Part shown: in pieces, positions 20,051 through 32,800 of the stretch | How the letters are laid out: each line of letters opens with the position of its first letter | Numbering within the stretch: the first letter of the stretch is position 1 | NCBI RefSeq assembly: GCF_000315625.1 | Contig: NW_005434647.1 | Coordinates: 601,890-665,889 of the forward strand | Direction of reading: 5' to 3' | Source of the DNA: Guillardia theta CCMP2712 | Lineage: Eukaryota; Protista; Cryptophyta | Length of the DNA stretch: 64,000 nt | Program-made: the position numbers and the translations under genes | Notes under the pieces: generated by a model | The model's database searches: none | What the model was told of the DNA's origin: nothing | What the model saw: only the letters and a program-made list of their open reading frames with translations

Positions 20051-23000
20051 TTAATGTCGTCCCACAAAGGACGGGAACAGGCGTCCACCATACTCGCAGG
20101 CTTCATCGTCTTGACACCTGCAGGTCACAGTTGCTCTCAACTCACCGCCTCCATCCTCCTGCTTCTCCTCTCACCGGCGGTTTCCACTTCTCCATCTCCT
20201 TTTGCTGCTCCAGCAGCACCTGCAATGGACGTCAGGTCGACTGCTGGGCAGCGGCATCAAGTTTCGCACCTCCAGTTTTTTGTCGATGTCATCAGTGTTG
20301 AAATCTGGCAGGCAAGCTCTCCTTAGCACACCTCCTGCACCTCCAGCGGGTCTCAACCTGTCGTGGAGATAGAGGGCTCTGCTTGTGCAGATAGCATGGG
20401 AGAGCTGGCGGCTGCGGGTTGTGCAGCATCGCGCGCGTCCTTGTTGACCTGCGCTTGCGATGAGTCGAAGAGTCGAAGAGGGGGCACGAGCAACACCTGA
20501 AGCTGAGAAAGGAACCGACGATCATTCCTCATCATGTCTCGTACTTTCTTCTCTCTCTTCAGAGCCCTCCTGCAAGGCAAACCTCCCGCGTCAGCTCACC
20601 TCCTGATCGGCCCCAGCTCATGGTTCAGCACCTGTTCCTTCCTCGTAGCCATTCTTTGATGACTTCATCCACCCTCTCCGCCTCCATCAGGTCCTTCTGC
20701 TTCTGTTCTTCGCGCTCTTGCCGCTGCTCTTCTTATCAGCTGCTCCCCGTCATGGTCATGTCCTCACCTTCTGAGCGCTCTCAGCATGCAGCATTGCACG
20801 AATCTCGTCCTGCGACCAAGACACTAAGACACCGCCTCCTTTTTTCCTAGGAGTTTCTCCATCCTCTCCCACCCGCTGTCCCTCCTCTGCATCCTCTTCC
20901 ATCTCTTTCTCCTCCTCCCCATCCTCCATCGTCTGACCTTAGATGGCTCTCGCGCATCCCCCGCAGAGAACGCTCGATGCTTTTGGTCGCTGTACAGGCT
21001 CGGACTCTTCCTCGTGCTCCTCTGAGACTTTGGAGGGTGTGAAACGGAGGAGGACGAGAACTAGCAGCAGACCTGCACGGCTCGGTACGGGTCGCTGGTG
21101 TTGCGGGATAGGAATTGAAAACCTATCAAGTCCTGTTTCGAGAACTCGTCTCTGAGAGTGAGAGCCTGTGGCAGGTGTGAGGGTAGCAAGAGGTGGAAAG
21201 GAGGGATCCAAAGCATCCATAGTGCAAGGATGAGATAAAAACGAAAATCAGAAATCAACAACAAGCAAAGAACAACCAATAAAACGTGAGAATACACCAA
21301 GCATGAAGGGCCAGAATAACAGAAACCAGTATTGTTGGCGTTCGGAAGGTTCAAGAACGAATTTCATCACCTCTCGTCGCTCATCGTTAGGAGGAATGAT
21401 TTTGGCTGTGTAAAAGACCTAGAGAGTCAATCAGCCATGGCTGAAGCAAGATGCGCGTTATGTCAGCAGTGAAGATTACTTGGCTCGGTTGATTCAGCTT
21501 TGCTTCTGTCCTCCTCTTGACGAACTTGAACTGCGGAGTGTCATGATCGGAGTAAGATGGTCTTCATGCATCACTTGTCCTGTGTTGACATCAATCTCGC
21601 TGCTCGATGTGCTGTTGATGAAACCCACGTCCCTTGCCTTGATCAACCACAAGTTAAGGCTAGTGACGTCACAGGCAGAAACCGCTTCCACACCTGGTTG
21701 AGGCCAAGGGTGACAGCATTCTCCTTCACAGTCTGCTCGTCTTTCATGATGGCTGTCACATCCTTCAGAAACATCCAAAGGACTCGACAGCTCTCAATAC
21801 CAGCCACTCTCTCTTCCAACTTCTCTAATTTCCTGATATTGTTTACAGCATCCGGTGACATCCCAATATCTTCAGGGTTTTGATGAAACTCTGCAAAACG
21901 TGAGAATCTATTGACTTCATCTGTCGATCTACCTGTTCCATAGATGGCTTGTAGCCCGTCGGCCTGTCCTAGTCTAGCTTTCTTCTGCGGCGGCGCTGGT
22001 GAGTGAAAGTGAGCAAAGAGCACTAATGTCACCTGCTTCTCCTGCTCTGCAAGAAACCTGCGATACCTTACACGTCTCATCTCCTGCAGAGAGCCCTCAG
22101 CTATTCCCGTGTGAGAGGAGAAGAGGTATGAACCTTGGCCTCGAGGTCTTGCTTTAGCTTCAGGATTTTCTCGTGCCTTTCAGCAGCTTTCTGTTGGTGT
22201 TTTTGTCGTTCTTCAGCCTCCTAAACACAAGAATCTCAACTTCAAACAATCCATCACACTCCAAGATCTGTTTCACCTTGTTCAACAGCTCCCGGTATTT
22301 ATCAACTGGGAGCTCAAGTGGACTGTTTTCAACAGAAGCCGAGATCTGTGTCAAGGCTGTAAACAAGACAACCAGCTTCCATGCCGGGTTGCGATGATAT
22401 TTACCTCTTTCAACCACACGGACTTCTGTCTCACTCTCTCAGCAGCAGGATTGTAACGAGGAACCTCCTTGAATCTCTTCTGCTTCACAAGCGCTGCCTT
22501 CATTGCCGCTTCGTTGGCAAGCTTGTACCAGTTCAACTGCGGGCAGAGAGAGCAGTCAGGGTTGCGTCATCCTGCAGAGCACACATGCGCTCACCATTTT
22601 CAATTCCTCTTCCACTCTTCCTCTTCCTGTTCGGTTCTGACTCACGGGATCCGCTCCAAAGTCCGCAGCAAAGAATCTTGGACTTGCACCAGGAGCGGCG
22701 GGAAGGCTGACATGATCTGAAGCATTGCCCTCCTCATCGTAGACAGCAACCATGTTGATAGGAATTTCCCTCGTCACTCGCTGCTCCTCCGTGTTTCCTG
22801 GTGATTTTGCTTCAGTACAAGGGAGTACAACAACCATTCGAGGCGTCCAATAGATGGACAAAGAACACTGAACAAACAGTTCTCACATCCAATGATCATC
22901 CGTTTCATTCCTGTGAAGCACCCATCGCTGTCCTAATTACTTATACACCTGAGCTCACATTCATCTGCACTCCATGCCAGCTCTCTCCTACAACCTACCA

Positions 23001-23180
23001 TGATTCAGTGAATCGTTACTCCCTGATATCTTTTCCCCTTCACGCCATTCTCATATCGTTCTCAGTTTCTGTTGCGCTGTCACTTCTTGCCTATCTTGCT
23101 CTGTTGAAGCTGCTCATCTCCATCTCATCTCCCCTCTTCCTCCTCTCTTCCTCCTCCTCCGCCCATCTTGTCTCCATGCC
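20051..23180 (-). CDS. Multi-exon hypothetical coiled-coil protein
   Basis: Minus-strand exon chain 22556-22861, 22351-22536, 22160-22417, 21643-22080, 20171-20356, with charged helical content and CTCAC/CTTAC donor complements on the + strand. No family recognised, and both ends are approximate. Confidence 0.6.
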
Positions 23181-23510
23181 CTTTTGAGCTGCCACGCTCC
23201 AGCCATAGAACTGCCAACTGCCTGCCACCCACCCTTTCACCTTGTTGTATCACCCCTTCAAAGTCACCATTTTGACATTACACCCCTACAAGTAGTATTC
23301 ATGACCCTACCCTCATCCATGAAAATATACCCCAAAACAGCCATGACCCCATCTTTTTTAACCCCTACCCCCGATTTCACCCATTACAGTTAAAACTTGG
23401 TGGAGGGGGATGAGGCCTTATTTGCACCTAACGTTACAAACCGTTTCAGATTGCGGATCTACGTTACATGCGTTACTTTTATTGCGACGCATCTCCATAT
23501 TCCAGCAAAT

Positions 23511-23749
23511 ATGAACGGACGCGGTCAACAAGCGCCTCCTCCTCACGCGATGGCGGGCAACCCGATGTACCCCATCCACCCCCTCCACCCCAACCACTCC
23601 TTCCCTCCTCCTCCTGCCCCACCCATCCACCCGCCACCGACCCACCAGTCGCTCTTCTACCACCACCCCCACCACCACCATCCGCACCACCACGATGCCC
23701 ACAAGCAGGCGATGATGGAGCAGCAGCAGCAGCAGTTGCAGCAACAGAT

Positions 23750-23780
<31 letters not shown>

Positions 23781-24044
23781 CACCAACAAGTGCAACAGCA
23801 GATGCAGCAGCAGATGCAGGGAGCTGTCAATGGACAACCGGTTTACTTCCAGTCCTCTACGGTGGTTCCGCACCATGTGCATGAGTCCCACCAGCTGTTC
23901 CACAATCACTACCACCCGAAGCATGCAACACATCATCACATGCAGGCGCCGCCGGCGACCTTGTTCCCTCAGAATCAGTTCCAGCATCTGCCGATCCTGC
24001 ACATTCCACTTGGAGGCGGATCTGCGCCTCATTCCTTCCAGTGA
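23511..24044 (+). CDS. Low-complexity His/Gln/Pro-rich protein; may continue after a 3' intron
   Basis: ATG at 23511 lies within ORF 23397-24044. It encodes poly-Q (CAG/CAA) and His-Pro tracts with C-ending codon bias. A GTGAG donor overlaps the stop. Confidence 0.55.
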
Positions 24045-24531
24045 GCACGCAGCTCTCAGCGGATGCAACAAGGCTCGAGATCCCTCAGCACAACAGTTGA
24101 GCTCGTATGATGAGTTGAGCTCGTGAGATGATTTGAGCTCGTCTGTAGATGTCTGCTCCCTTGGTAGCTTAGATGCTCCAAATGGTAAAGTGGAAATAAA
24201 ACTGGACCTTGATATGACGACTTTGATGTGGCTTGCATAGCTGAGAGGGCTATAGGTGGTAGGGTGGGAATCAATGCAGGAAGATGTTCTCATAGTACAA
24301 TAGCCGGACGTTTGCTCGCACTTCCATCGAGCCGAAACTCAGTAAATTGCATCGGAGTCGAAATAAGTTTCATTCCCTCCATCTGTATCTGTACATCGAA
24401 ATATCTTGCGAGCTTGCTAGTTTTTGCAAATCTCATCCCCCTCGCTCCTCACTGAAACGAATAAAGCGTAGAGCAAATACTCCCACGCCAAGTGTTTTCG
24501 CACGTGCTGCAGCATCTGCAAGCAGGCCCCC

Positions 24532-26539
24532 CTAGACTACTTTCTCCTCTTCCTCATGGCTGTAATGGTACCCTTCTGCATACTGCAGACCTTTCTCGAA
24601 GTCCACGTACGAGAGGACGAAGAGCCCTGCGATGGCCATGACAACCAGCCCGATGAACCCTGCCTTCTCATCGTACGCGAACGTCAGAGTCGCAAAGAGC
24701 AACGGCCCGAAGAAACCAGCGACGCGATTCATCATCCCCATGAACCCAAAGTTGTGGGAAGCCTTCTCCTTGGGGGTGAGCGACCCCATCAACACCTTGC
24801 TGAAGATGAAGGCTCCTGATCCCGCCGTGGTCATGCTGATAATGACGAAGAAGAAGTCCGCCACATTCGTCATCCAGGCGCACATGATGATCGAGATGAT
24901 GGTAAGGACGATACACGCCATGAAGCAGATCTTGGCCTCAGCGTACTGCGCCAGCCCAAGCCAAGCAAGGGCTGCTACAGCACCAAGAACCTTGTAGAAG
25001 ACAGCCCCGAGCACAAGCGCATGCACGGGCAGCCCAATCTGTGCTCCGTACACAAGATAAACAGCATGCAGAGTTGAGTTTGCATCGTTGAAGAGCATGA
25101 GGCCCACCAAAAACTTCATCATCTCAATGTTTTGAAGCGTGATAAGCGTCTCTTTCCATGAGAGCACCAACGAATCCTGACAGCAACGTCAGGCCACACG
25201 ACTCAGCCGGCAGCACGTTACCGCAAGTGAAGTGCCCGCGAGGTAAGTATCGTCGTCTTCTTCTTTCAGCCAAATCCACATGGGGATGGCCAGAAGGACA
25301 AACCATATCGCACTTACAACGAAGCAGAAGATGATGTAGTCCCTACTCAACTCCCGCTTCTCCATGTCTGACATACCCAAGGCAACCATCAAGATTGCAC
25401 TCCCCACATTGCCGATGAAACATTGGAAGCAAGCAACTTTCACCATGTCCTCTCTGCCCGAGAGGAACATGATCAGACTGTTGTAGAAGCAATGCCTGCG
25501 GAAAAGAGAGCATGCTCAGAATCAAAACAAGATAGGAACAACGAGGTTCGTACATGATTGACGTCAACGTCATTGCAATGCCAATGACCAAGAGAATCTC
25601 TCGCGCGTCAGAGCTTCGAGATTCAAAGGCAAACATAGTCAAAAAAACGATAGAGAGGGCGGATGTAGTGTAGGTAATTAGCTTCCTGGCCGAGTACCGA
25701 TCGGCGAGTGCTCCTAGAATCGGGCAAAGAATTCCGGCAATCAACGTAGAAATCGCCACCATGAAAACCCAACTTCCAGAAGCGTCCCCGAGTTTCAAAG
25801 AGCTCATCACTTCCTCTTCAACCTCCTCGATCTCCGTCAGGTTCCTCGGATCGAACGACAGCACTTTTCCCGCGTTGGATATCAACGACGACGCTCCCAT
25901 GGGCATCATTCCTTCACCACTTGTGCTGCGGACAAGTCATGTTATGCAGCCGCGCGCGCGTTAGCCTCACCTTCCAGGGGTGGACTCCCTCACTCGACGA
26001 ACGAAGATGATGGGAGCTAATGTAGAGATGGTAACGGAGGCATATCCCCAGCAACCAGCATCGAATAAGGCATATCCCCACTGCGCCCTGATAGCAAGAC
26101 GAGGATCATCCGAGGTAGCCGGGATGAGCATAACTCACCTGTCCAGGAAATTGAGGAAGCTCGGCCTTGAGTACTCGACGACAGATACACTGGAGACTGG
26201 ACAGGATGAATCAGGAAAAGCAAATATGATGTGATCGTCAAAAGCAAATATGATGTGATTGACGATCACATCATATTGTTTTGAAATGTAACTATCTATG
26301 CTATCTGTTTGCAACGTAACTATTCCACTTCTCTTGGCTTCTATTGCAGGAAAGCTTCAACTCCGCACTTGAAACGACCTTGTATAGAGGAGAAAGGCAC
26401 GAGAACAAGGAACACAGCAAGGCAGATCAGTGAGAACAATCATAGAACAATCATAGAATGCATGTCTCTCCACCCTTATCTGTCATCCTCCTCCTCGTCG
26501 CTCCTCACCTGGTCTGCCATTGCCCGAGTTCTCCGCCAT
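24532..26539 (-). CDS. MFS transporter, ATG22/UMF1-like family, multi-exon
   Basis: QWGYALFDAGCWGYASVTISTLAPIIF (TM1), PILGALADRYSARK (MFS motif A region), and C-terminal TPKEKASHNFGFMGMMNRVAGFFGPLLF...GLFVLSYVD. About 12 hydrophobic segments. The 5' exons are uncertain. Confidence 0.85.
26216..26277. repeat. Nested 20-bp direct repeat and 19-bp inverted repeat
   Basis: AAAAGCAAATATGATGTGAT occurs at 26216-26235 and 26240-26259. AATATGATGTGATCGTCAA (26223-26241) is the exact reverse complement of 26259-26277. Confidence 0.9.
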
Positions 26540-26878
26540 TGCCTCTTCGCCTGCTCCGTTACAAAATGGACTCAAACTCATAACCGTTATTATTTTACTC
26601 GTTACAAAACGTTCGCAAAGTAGTTACAAACCGTTATTTAGGGGTTCGAATGGCAGATCAGCGCGAATATCATATCAGTTGCCGGGCATGGCAGAGGTGG
26701 CGGTTCTTCTGAACCATGGCATCATCATGCAACGATGCTGAACTCAACCCCCTGATGTTCGCCCTCTACCAGCCATGAGCCTCGTCGCCGCTGCAGAGAT
26801 GTTTGTTCCTGTTCACCATCATTGATGTTGGAGTTAGAACGTATGAGAGTCTCTTCTTTGCCTCTTCTTCCTCTTTGA

Positions 26879-29800
26879 ATGCCTGGGAGCATGAGAGGAA
26901 GGGGATCAGCTGATGCTCCGCTCAGTGCCAACTCTGTTGGTTTCTCCTCTCCCTTGAACATCAATTCTCCTCAAGTTTTCTCAGTGTACAACCCTCAGTC
27001 TCGGCCGGTCAAGTCGATGATGAAGGATAACCGCATGCCATTAGGCAGACAAGCTGTCAGACAGCAGCAGCAGCTTCGTCGCTCGGAGATGTCAGCGCCT
27101 TCACCTCGCCGAGATCCTGAAACCCAAGGCCTTGCAGGCAAAGCAAGCTTTGAGCAAGTAATCAGCTTTCTCCGTGAGTTCGGCGAGAGAAGCTCATGGG
27201 AGAAAGTTCTATCGCGTCAGGACACGTCCGGTGAGAAGCAGCTCGATCAGCGTCAGTTCGAAGAAGCCTTGAGGGAGTCTGGATTCGTTTCATTCATGCG
27301 CATGAGCCCAATATCGGTGTGGGATCGAGCTGTTGGCAAGTCCTTCCGAACGAGCGGCGTTGCTGAGCTTGCGACCACGCTGTCTATCGTGTGTGCAGAA
27401 GAACGCATCCGTCTCCTCTCCTCTGAGTGCTCCTTTGTTGATAAGATCTGCGCGAAGATGGAAGGCATGACGTGGCAAGGCGAGGCATCGGTCGAGGGCG
27501 ATAGTGAGGACAGTCTGGAGAGCGAGCGATGCAGTGAGGCATCCAAGGAGGTTGCAAGCGGCGATTGCGAAGGTGCTGGGAGTCAGGAAGACGAACACGT
27601 TGTGCAAGAGGAGGCAGGTTTGTTGCGAGAGGCCCCGGGCGATGCTGAGCAGGCTGCTGCTCCATCCCTCCGGCTCTCAGGGCAGGATCAGGGAGGCGAT
27701 AGAGGGCAGGAATGTTCAGCCGAGCAATCAAGAGAAGGTCATCAATCCTGCCAGCAGCTGCAGCAGGAGGAAGACGATGCAGCATGCGGTGAGCACGACG
27801 ATATGATGTGGGAAGAGGGGACACAGGAGGGAACGGCTCCTTCTCCTCGGGCCGCTGCAGTTCCTATGCAGCACCCAAGAGCTGACGAGCATCAGGATAG
27901 GAAGGAAGCAGGCAGAGAGCAGACGACTTCTACCGACGAAAATTCTCCCGCGCCTGCTCTGCTACCTCAACTTGTTCACCGCCCGATCCACTCAGTTCAC
28001 CGCAAACAGTGGGAGTTCTCTCAGAAGGAATTCAAGGCAGCAAACGTCCCTCTCGATCGCCAGCGCATTCTTCAAAGGCTCGTCAAAGCTGCTGCCACCA
28101 GCCGCCAGGACAATTTGAGCGATGGCGGCAGCCAAGGAGATGGGGCCGAGGGAGGACATGATGGACCTGAGACGCTATCCTGCAGGCTGGTGCGCTTCCC
28201 GCTGAGTGAGGAGGGGGAGATGCCTGGCGGGTGCGGCATCATGAGATACATCTTGTCGTCAGAGGAGAATGCTGACAAGCTGGAGACGAGCTTGGGGTCG
28301 TCAGATGGGGAGGATAAGCTCGACGACGTCGATGCTCCCTCCGCTGGAGGGGGTGCATCGGAAGGGAACCAGGGATCTGAACTTGAGACCTTGCCGCCTG
28401 ACGGAGGTTCTAGTGTTGTGCATCCTTCAGTTCCGGAGGACCGCTCTTGTGCGGTGAGTCATGATCAGACAAACCCGGCAGAGAGAGTTGAGTTAGGGGC
28501 CCCGGGTGAATATCCAGGAGAAGAAGGTCACGAGTTCAGCCATCAGGTGCCCGTCCTAACGTCTCTGCTGCGTGTTCTCACGCCTTCCAGGTGGCAACGA
28601 TCATTCTTGAGCTCGATGGAGTGCTGCAAAACATCCCGCTCGTCCACTACCTCTCTCGAGATGACCCAGAGGATGTCTTTCCTCCAGCAGCTGCAGGCGA
28701 TGAGAGCGGAGGATTCCATCCCCACACCCTCCCTACCGTCTCATCCTCAGCCTGCTTGCCTGACGTCTCGCTCCCCCCGAAGGTGGATCAAGGGAAGGAT
28801 TATCAGCAGTGGTCAGGAGATGAAGTGAAGAATCGACCGGGGGCAAGGGGAGGAGGAGAACAGGAGGATACAGACGCTTGTTGGAAGTCCCTGGACATGG
28901 AGGAAGAGGAGCTGATGTTGAACCATCCTCTTCCTGCTCCTCGTCCAGTCGCTCCAGCTTCTCTCTCATATGCTGAAGACTTCAGCGTGAGATCTTTGAT
29001 CGACCTGAAGAGGGAGACATTGTTGAAAGGTATGCGACACCTCTCGCACCACCTCCTCACTCAGATCTGACGCGGCCTTTCTGGATTCCACAGAATTCTC
29101 GCAGCCGAGAGACGAGAGGCAAGATCAAAGTCAAGACACTCCCCGGCCTCGCACATGTATGGACCCTTCTCTCCTCCTGTTCCATACGTCTGTCTTCCTC
29201 CTCCTCCCCCTCCTCCCCCTCCTCCCCCTCCTCCCCCTCCCACTTCCCCCCCCCACCTCCCCCCCCCCCCACCTCTTTTCCTCCATCCCTACTCTCTACT
29301 GCTGTTTTGTTCTGTTTGGTTGTTGACCTTGACATCACATGTCTGCTGCAGTTGCTCCGGTAGCAACAACGCTCGATACTCCTTCGCATGATGCTCATAC
29401 TGCCCGGTCAGACCTTGCTTTCCTTGCTCCTCCTCTGACGTGTTGGGATGGGGTAGAATACATTTAGAAGATGAGGAGAAGACAGAGAATGAGGAGGAGC
29501 AGGAGCAGGAGCTTCAGCAAGAGCAGGAAGGAGGGCGCTTCCTGGAATGCAAATACAAGGAGGGTACGGAGGGCTACTCGACCACTGTCACTCTGAGCAG
29601 CGGAGAGAGGATAATCATTTCACCTTGCTCGTTCGACTTCTCCTCCTTCCATGAGATCTTAGACGGGGGGGAAGGAAGCGCTTTTCCCTGGGAGGAGAAA
29701 GGGGAGGACGAACTTACCAGCATCGCTGCATCCCTCCTGAATGCTGGTACTCTCCTTGGTCTCTTTCCCCTCCTTCCCTGCTCTGTTCTTCACCCCTTTC

Positions 29801-32800
29801 CTTCTACATCCGTGGTCGTTCCTTCTTTCTTCCCCTTCCTTCCCCTCTTCCCTCATCTTTCCTCTTCCAGCTTCACCTTGACAGTTCGAGCAGACCTGCA
29901 CGAGGTGCTTCTTGACGCATGGATTGCTGAATCCGCTCCTTTCTGGCTGGCAGGTCGCTGAATGCCTCCCTCCTCCTCCTCCTCCTCCTCCTCCTCCTCC
30001 TCCTCCTCCTCCTCCTCCTCCTCCTCCTCCTCCTGGCGGTGTCGCTCACTTTTTCTTTGCCAGTGGTACTGCAAGATCTCGACCTGCCCCTTAGGCTCGC
30101 GAAGCTGAAAGCATGCAAACTCCTACTGAGTGCTGAGAGGTCATAGAGGAAGAGGAAGGGAGGAGAAGAGAAGAGAGGAGAGGAGAGGAGAGGAGAGGAG
30201 AGGAGAGGAGAGGAGAGAGGGGGGAGGGAATAGGAGAAGGAGTAGGCGGAGGAGATTCAGATGAGGAGAGAGGAGAAGGGAATACCTGGTGTCATCTGCT
30301 GCTGAAGTTGTGTGAGCGCAGGAAGAGGTTGCGGCGAGAAAAAGAAGCCTCGCATTCGAGATGGCGAGGCGCAGCTGAAGGTAGGAGGAGGAGGAAGGAG
30401 GAGGAGGAGACGAGAGTGGGAGGTGGTGGGGATGGAGTGTTCGAGTGTGAACGTTAGCGCAGAGCTAGAGGAAGCGAGGAGGACGAAGGGAGCAGTCAGG
30501 AAGAGCAGCACGGAGACAAAGAGCTCCAAGGTTCGATCCGCCAAGACGAAGGAGAAGGAGACTAGCGACGCGGAGAAATCTTCTGAGTTCAGAATCCTCT
30601 TGCTCGAGGTGATGGAGGGCCTGGTGGAGTTCATAAGAGATGGGTGTGGTGGGGATGATGATGACGATGATGATGACGAGGAGGAGGAGGAGAAGGTGGG
30701 ATGGGAAGGCACGAGGGAGGTGGATGGGGAGTTCAAGATAGCGATGGAATAATGGTCTTGCTCGCACAGAGCCTGGTGAACAAACTTTCCTTGGCTCATG
30801 CCATGAGCTCGTTCCGCCTCCATGCAGAGATGGTGAGCGACGCGTGGAGGAGAGAGGTATTGAGCTGACGGTAATCGCGCAGGTCAAGTGCTACCAGAGG
30901 TTGACCTCGCCCCTGTCAACGACGAGGAGGAAAAATCTGCTCAGGTCAGTGGAGATTTGAAAGTCAAAGTTGCTGGGGCAAAGGAAGCAGGGGAGGGAGG
31001 AAGGTTCAGGAGGAGGGAGGGAGGGAGGGAGGGAGGGAGGGAGGGAGGGAGGGAGGGAGGAGGGAGGGTGGGAGGGTGGGGAGGAGGAGGAGGAGGAAGC
31101 AGAGGAGAGAGGGAGGAGGAAGGGGAAGCAAGCTGGCGAGAGGGAGGGAGGATGGTTTGCTTTTGAGTTAGCCTTGATGACTTGGGCGACAGGATGGGGC
31201 TGATGGGGATGAAGGAGCATCGAAACGACATGAAGCGAGCGATCGAAAAGAGCGAGATCATGCTGACGTCAGGTGATGCAGGGGAGGAATGTAGGAGGAA
31301 GAGATAGGGAAGGGGAGGGGAGCGGGAGCAGGGAGAGGAGGAGGTGGTGGAGAAGGAGGTGGTGGTGGTGGTGGTGGAGGAGGAGAAGTCTTCAGGCTGA
31401 TGTGTTGATGGTAGCGATGAACCTGATGATGCGGGGAATGTTTGAGGTCTGGACGAGCGAGACGCTCATGTGCAAAGAGACAGTCAAGCTTGAAGCGAAA
31501 TGCCAGAGAAGGCGGAGGTACGCAATGCTGTCGGTCGGACGAGGATGGTGGAGAGGAGTACATATCTGATGGAGGAAGGAGAAGGGAAGAGGATGAGGAA
31601 GGGAGGAAGGTGGCGGAGTGGGCAGGCTGGAGAGGAGAGGAGAGGAGAGGAGAGGAGAGGAGGAGGAGGGGGAGGGGAAGAGGAGGGGAGAGGGAGGGGA
31701 GGGGAGGGGAAGGAGGANNNNNNNNNNNNNNNNNNNNNNNNNNNNNNNNNNNNNNNNNNNNNNNNNNNNNNNNNNNNNNNNNNNNNNNNNNNNNNNNNNN
31801 NNNNNNNNNNNNNNNNNNNNNNNNNNNNNNNNNNNNNNNNNNNNNNNNNNNNNNNNNNNNNNNNNNNNNNNNNNNNNNNNNNNNNNNNNNNNNNNNNNNN
31901 NNNNNNNNNNNNNNNNNNNNNNNNNNNNNNNNNNNNNNNNNNNNNNNNNNNNNNNNNNNNNNNNNNNNNNNNNNNNNNNNNNNNNNNNNNNNNNNNNNNN
32001 NNNNNNNNNNNNNNNNNNNNNNNNNNNNNNNNNNNNNNNNNNNNNNNNNNNNNNNNNNNNNNNNNNNNNNNNNNNNNNNNNNNNNNNNNNNNNNNNNNNN
32101 NNNNNNNNNNNNNNNNNNNNNNNNNNNNNNNNNNNNNNNNNNNNNNNNNNNNNNNNNNNNNNNNNNNNNNNNNNNNNNNNNNNNNNNNNNNNNNNNNNNN
32201 NNNNNNNNNNNNNNNNNNNNNNNNNNNNNNNNNNNNNNNNNNNNNNNNNNNNNNNNNNNNNNNNNNNNNNNNNNNNNNNNNNNNNNNNNNNNNNNNNNNN
32301 NNNNNNNNNNNNNNNNNNNNNNNNNNNNNNNNNNNNNNNNNNNNNNNNNNNNNNNNNNNNNNNNNNCCCTCCCTCCCTCCCTCCCTCTCTCGTCCAATTT
32401 TTACCCCCTACGCTTCCCCCTCCTTCCTCTCCCTCTCCCTCGCTCACTCTCCTTCAGTGTTCGTGTTCTTTTCGTCAGCGATGGTCTCAACTCCATCGAC
32501 TCTCTCTCCTCCGCTCTTGCCTCCTTGGCTGGGGTCTGCTCTGTGCGGCGATATACCAGGTTCCTCCTCCTGACCCTACTCCTGATCCCCCCCCCCTGAT
32601 CTTTCTCCTGATCCTCCCCCTGATCTTCCTCCTGATCTCCCTCCTTATCCTTGTCTTTCCCTCATCCTACTTTTCTTCGTCCTCCTTATCCTCTGCTCTC
32701 CATCGTTCTGATTTTTTTCTCTTCACCTCTTCAGGGATTGCGGAGATCATCTCGTCATGCGCTTCTTCGCTTCAAGGTGAAATCGCCTTGCGCTCCCACC

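Noticed and set aside
30140-31717. GA-rich tracts as telomeric or nucleomorph-telomere repeats
   Set aside because: The units are irregular, they lie inside introns, and both orientations are interspersed.
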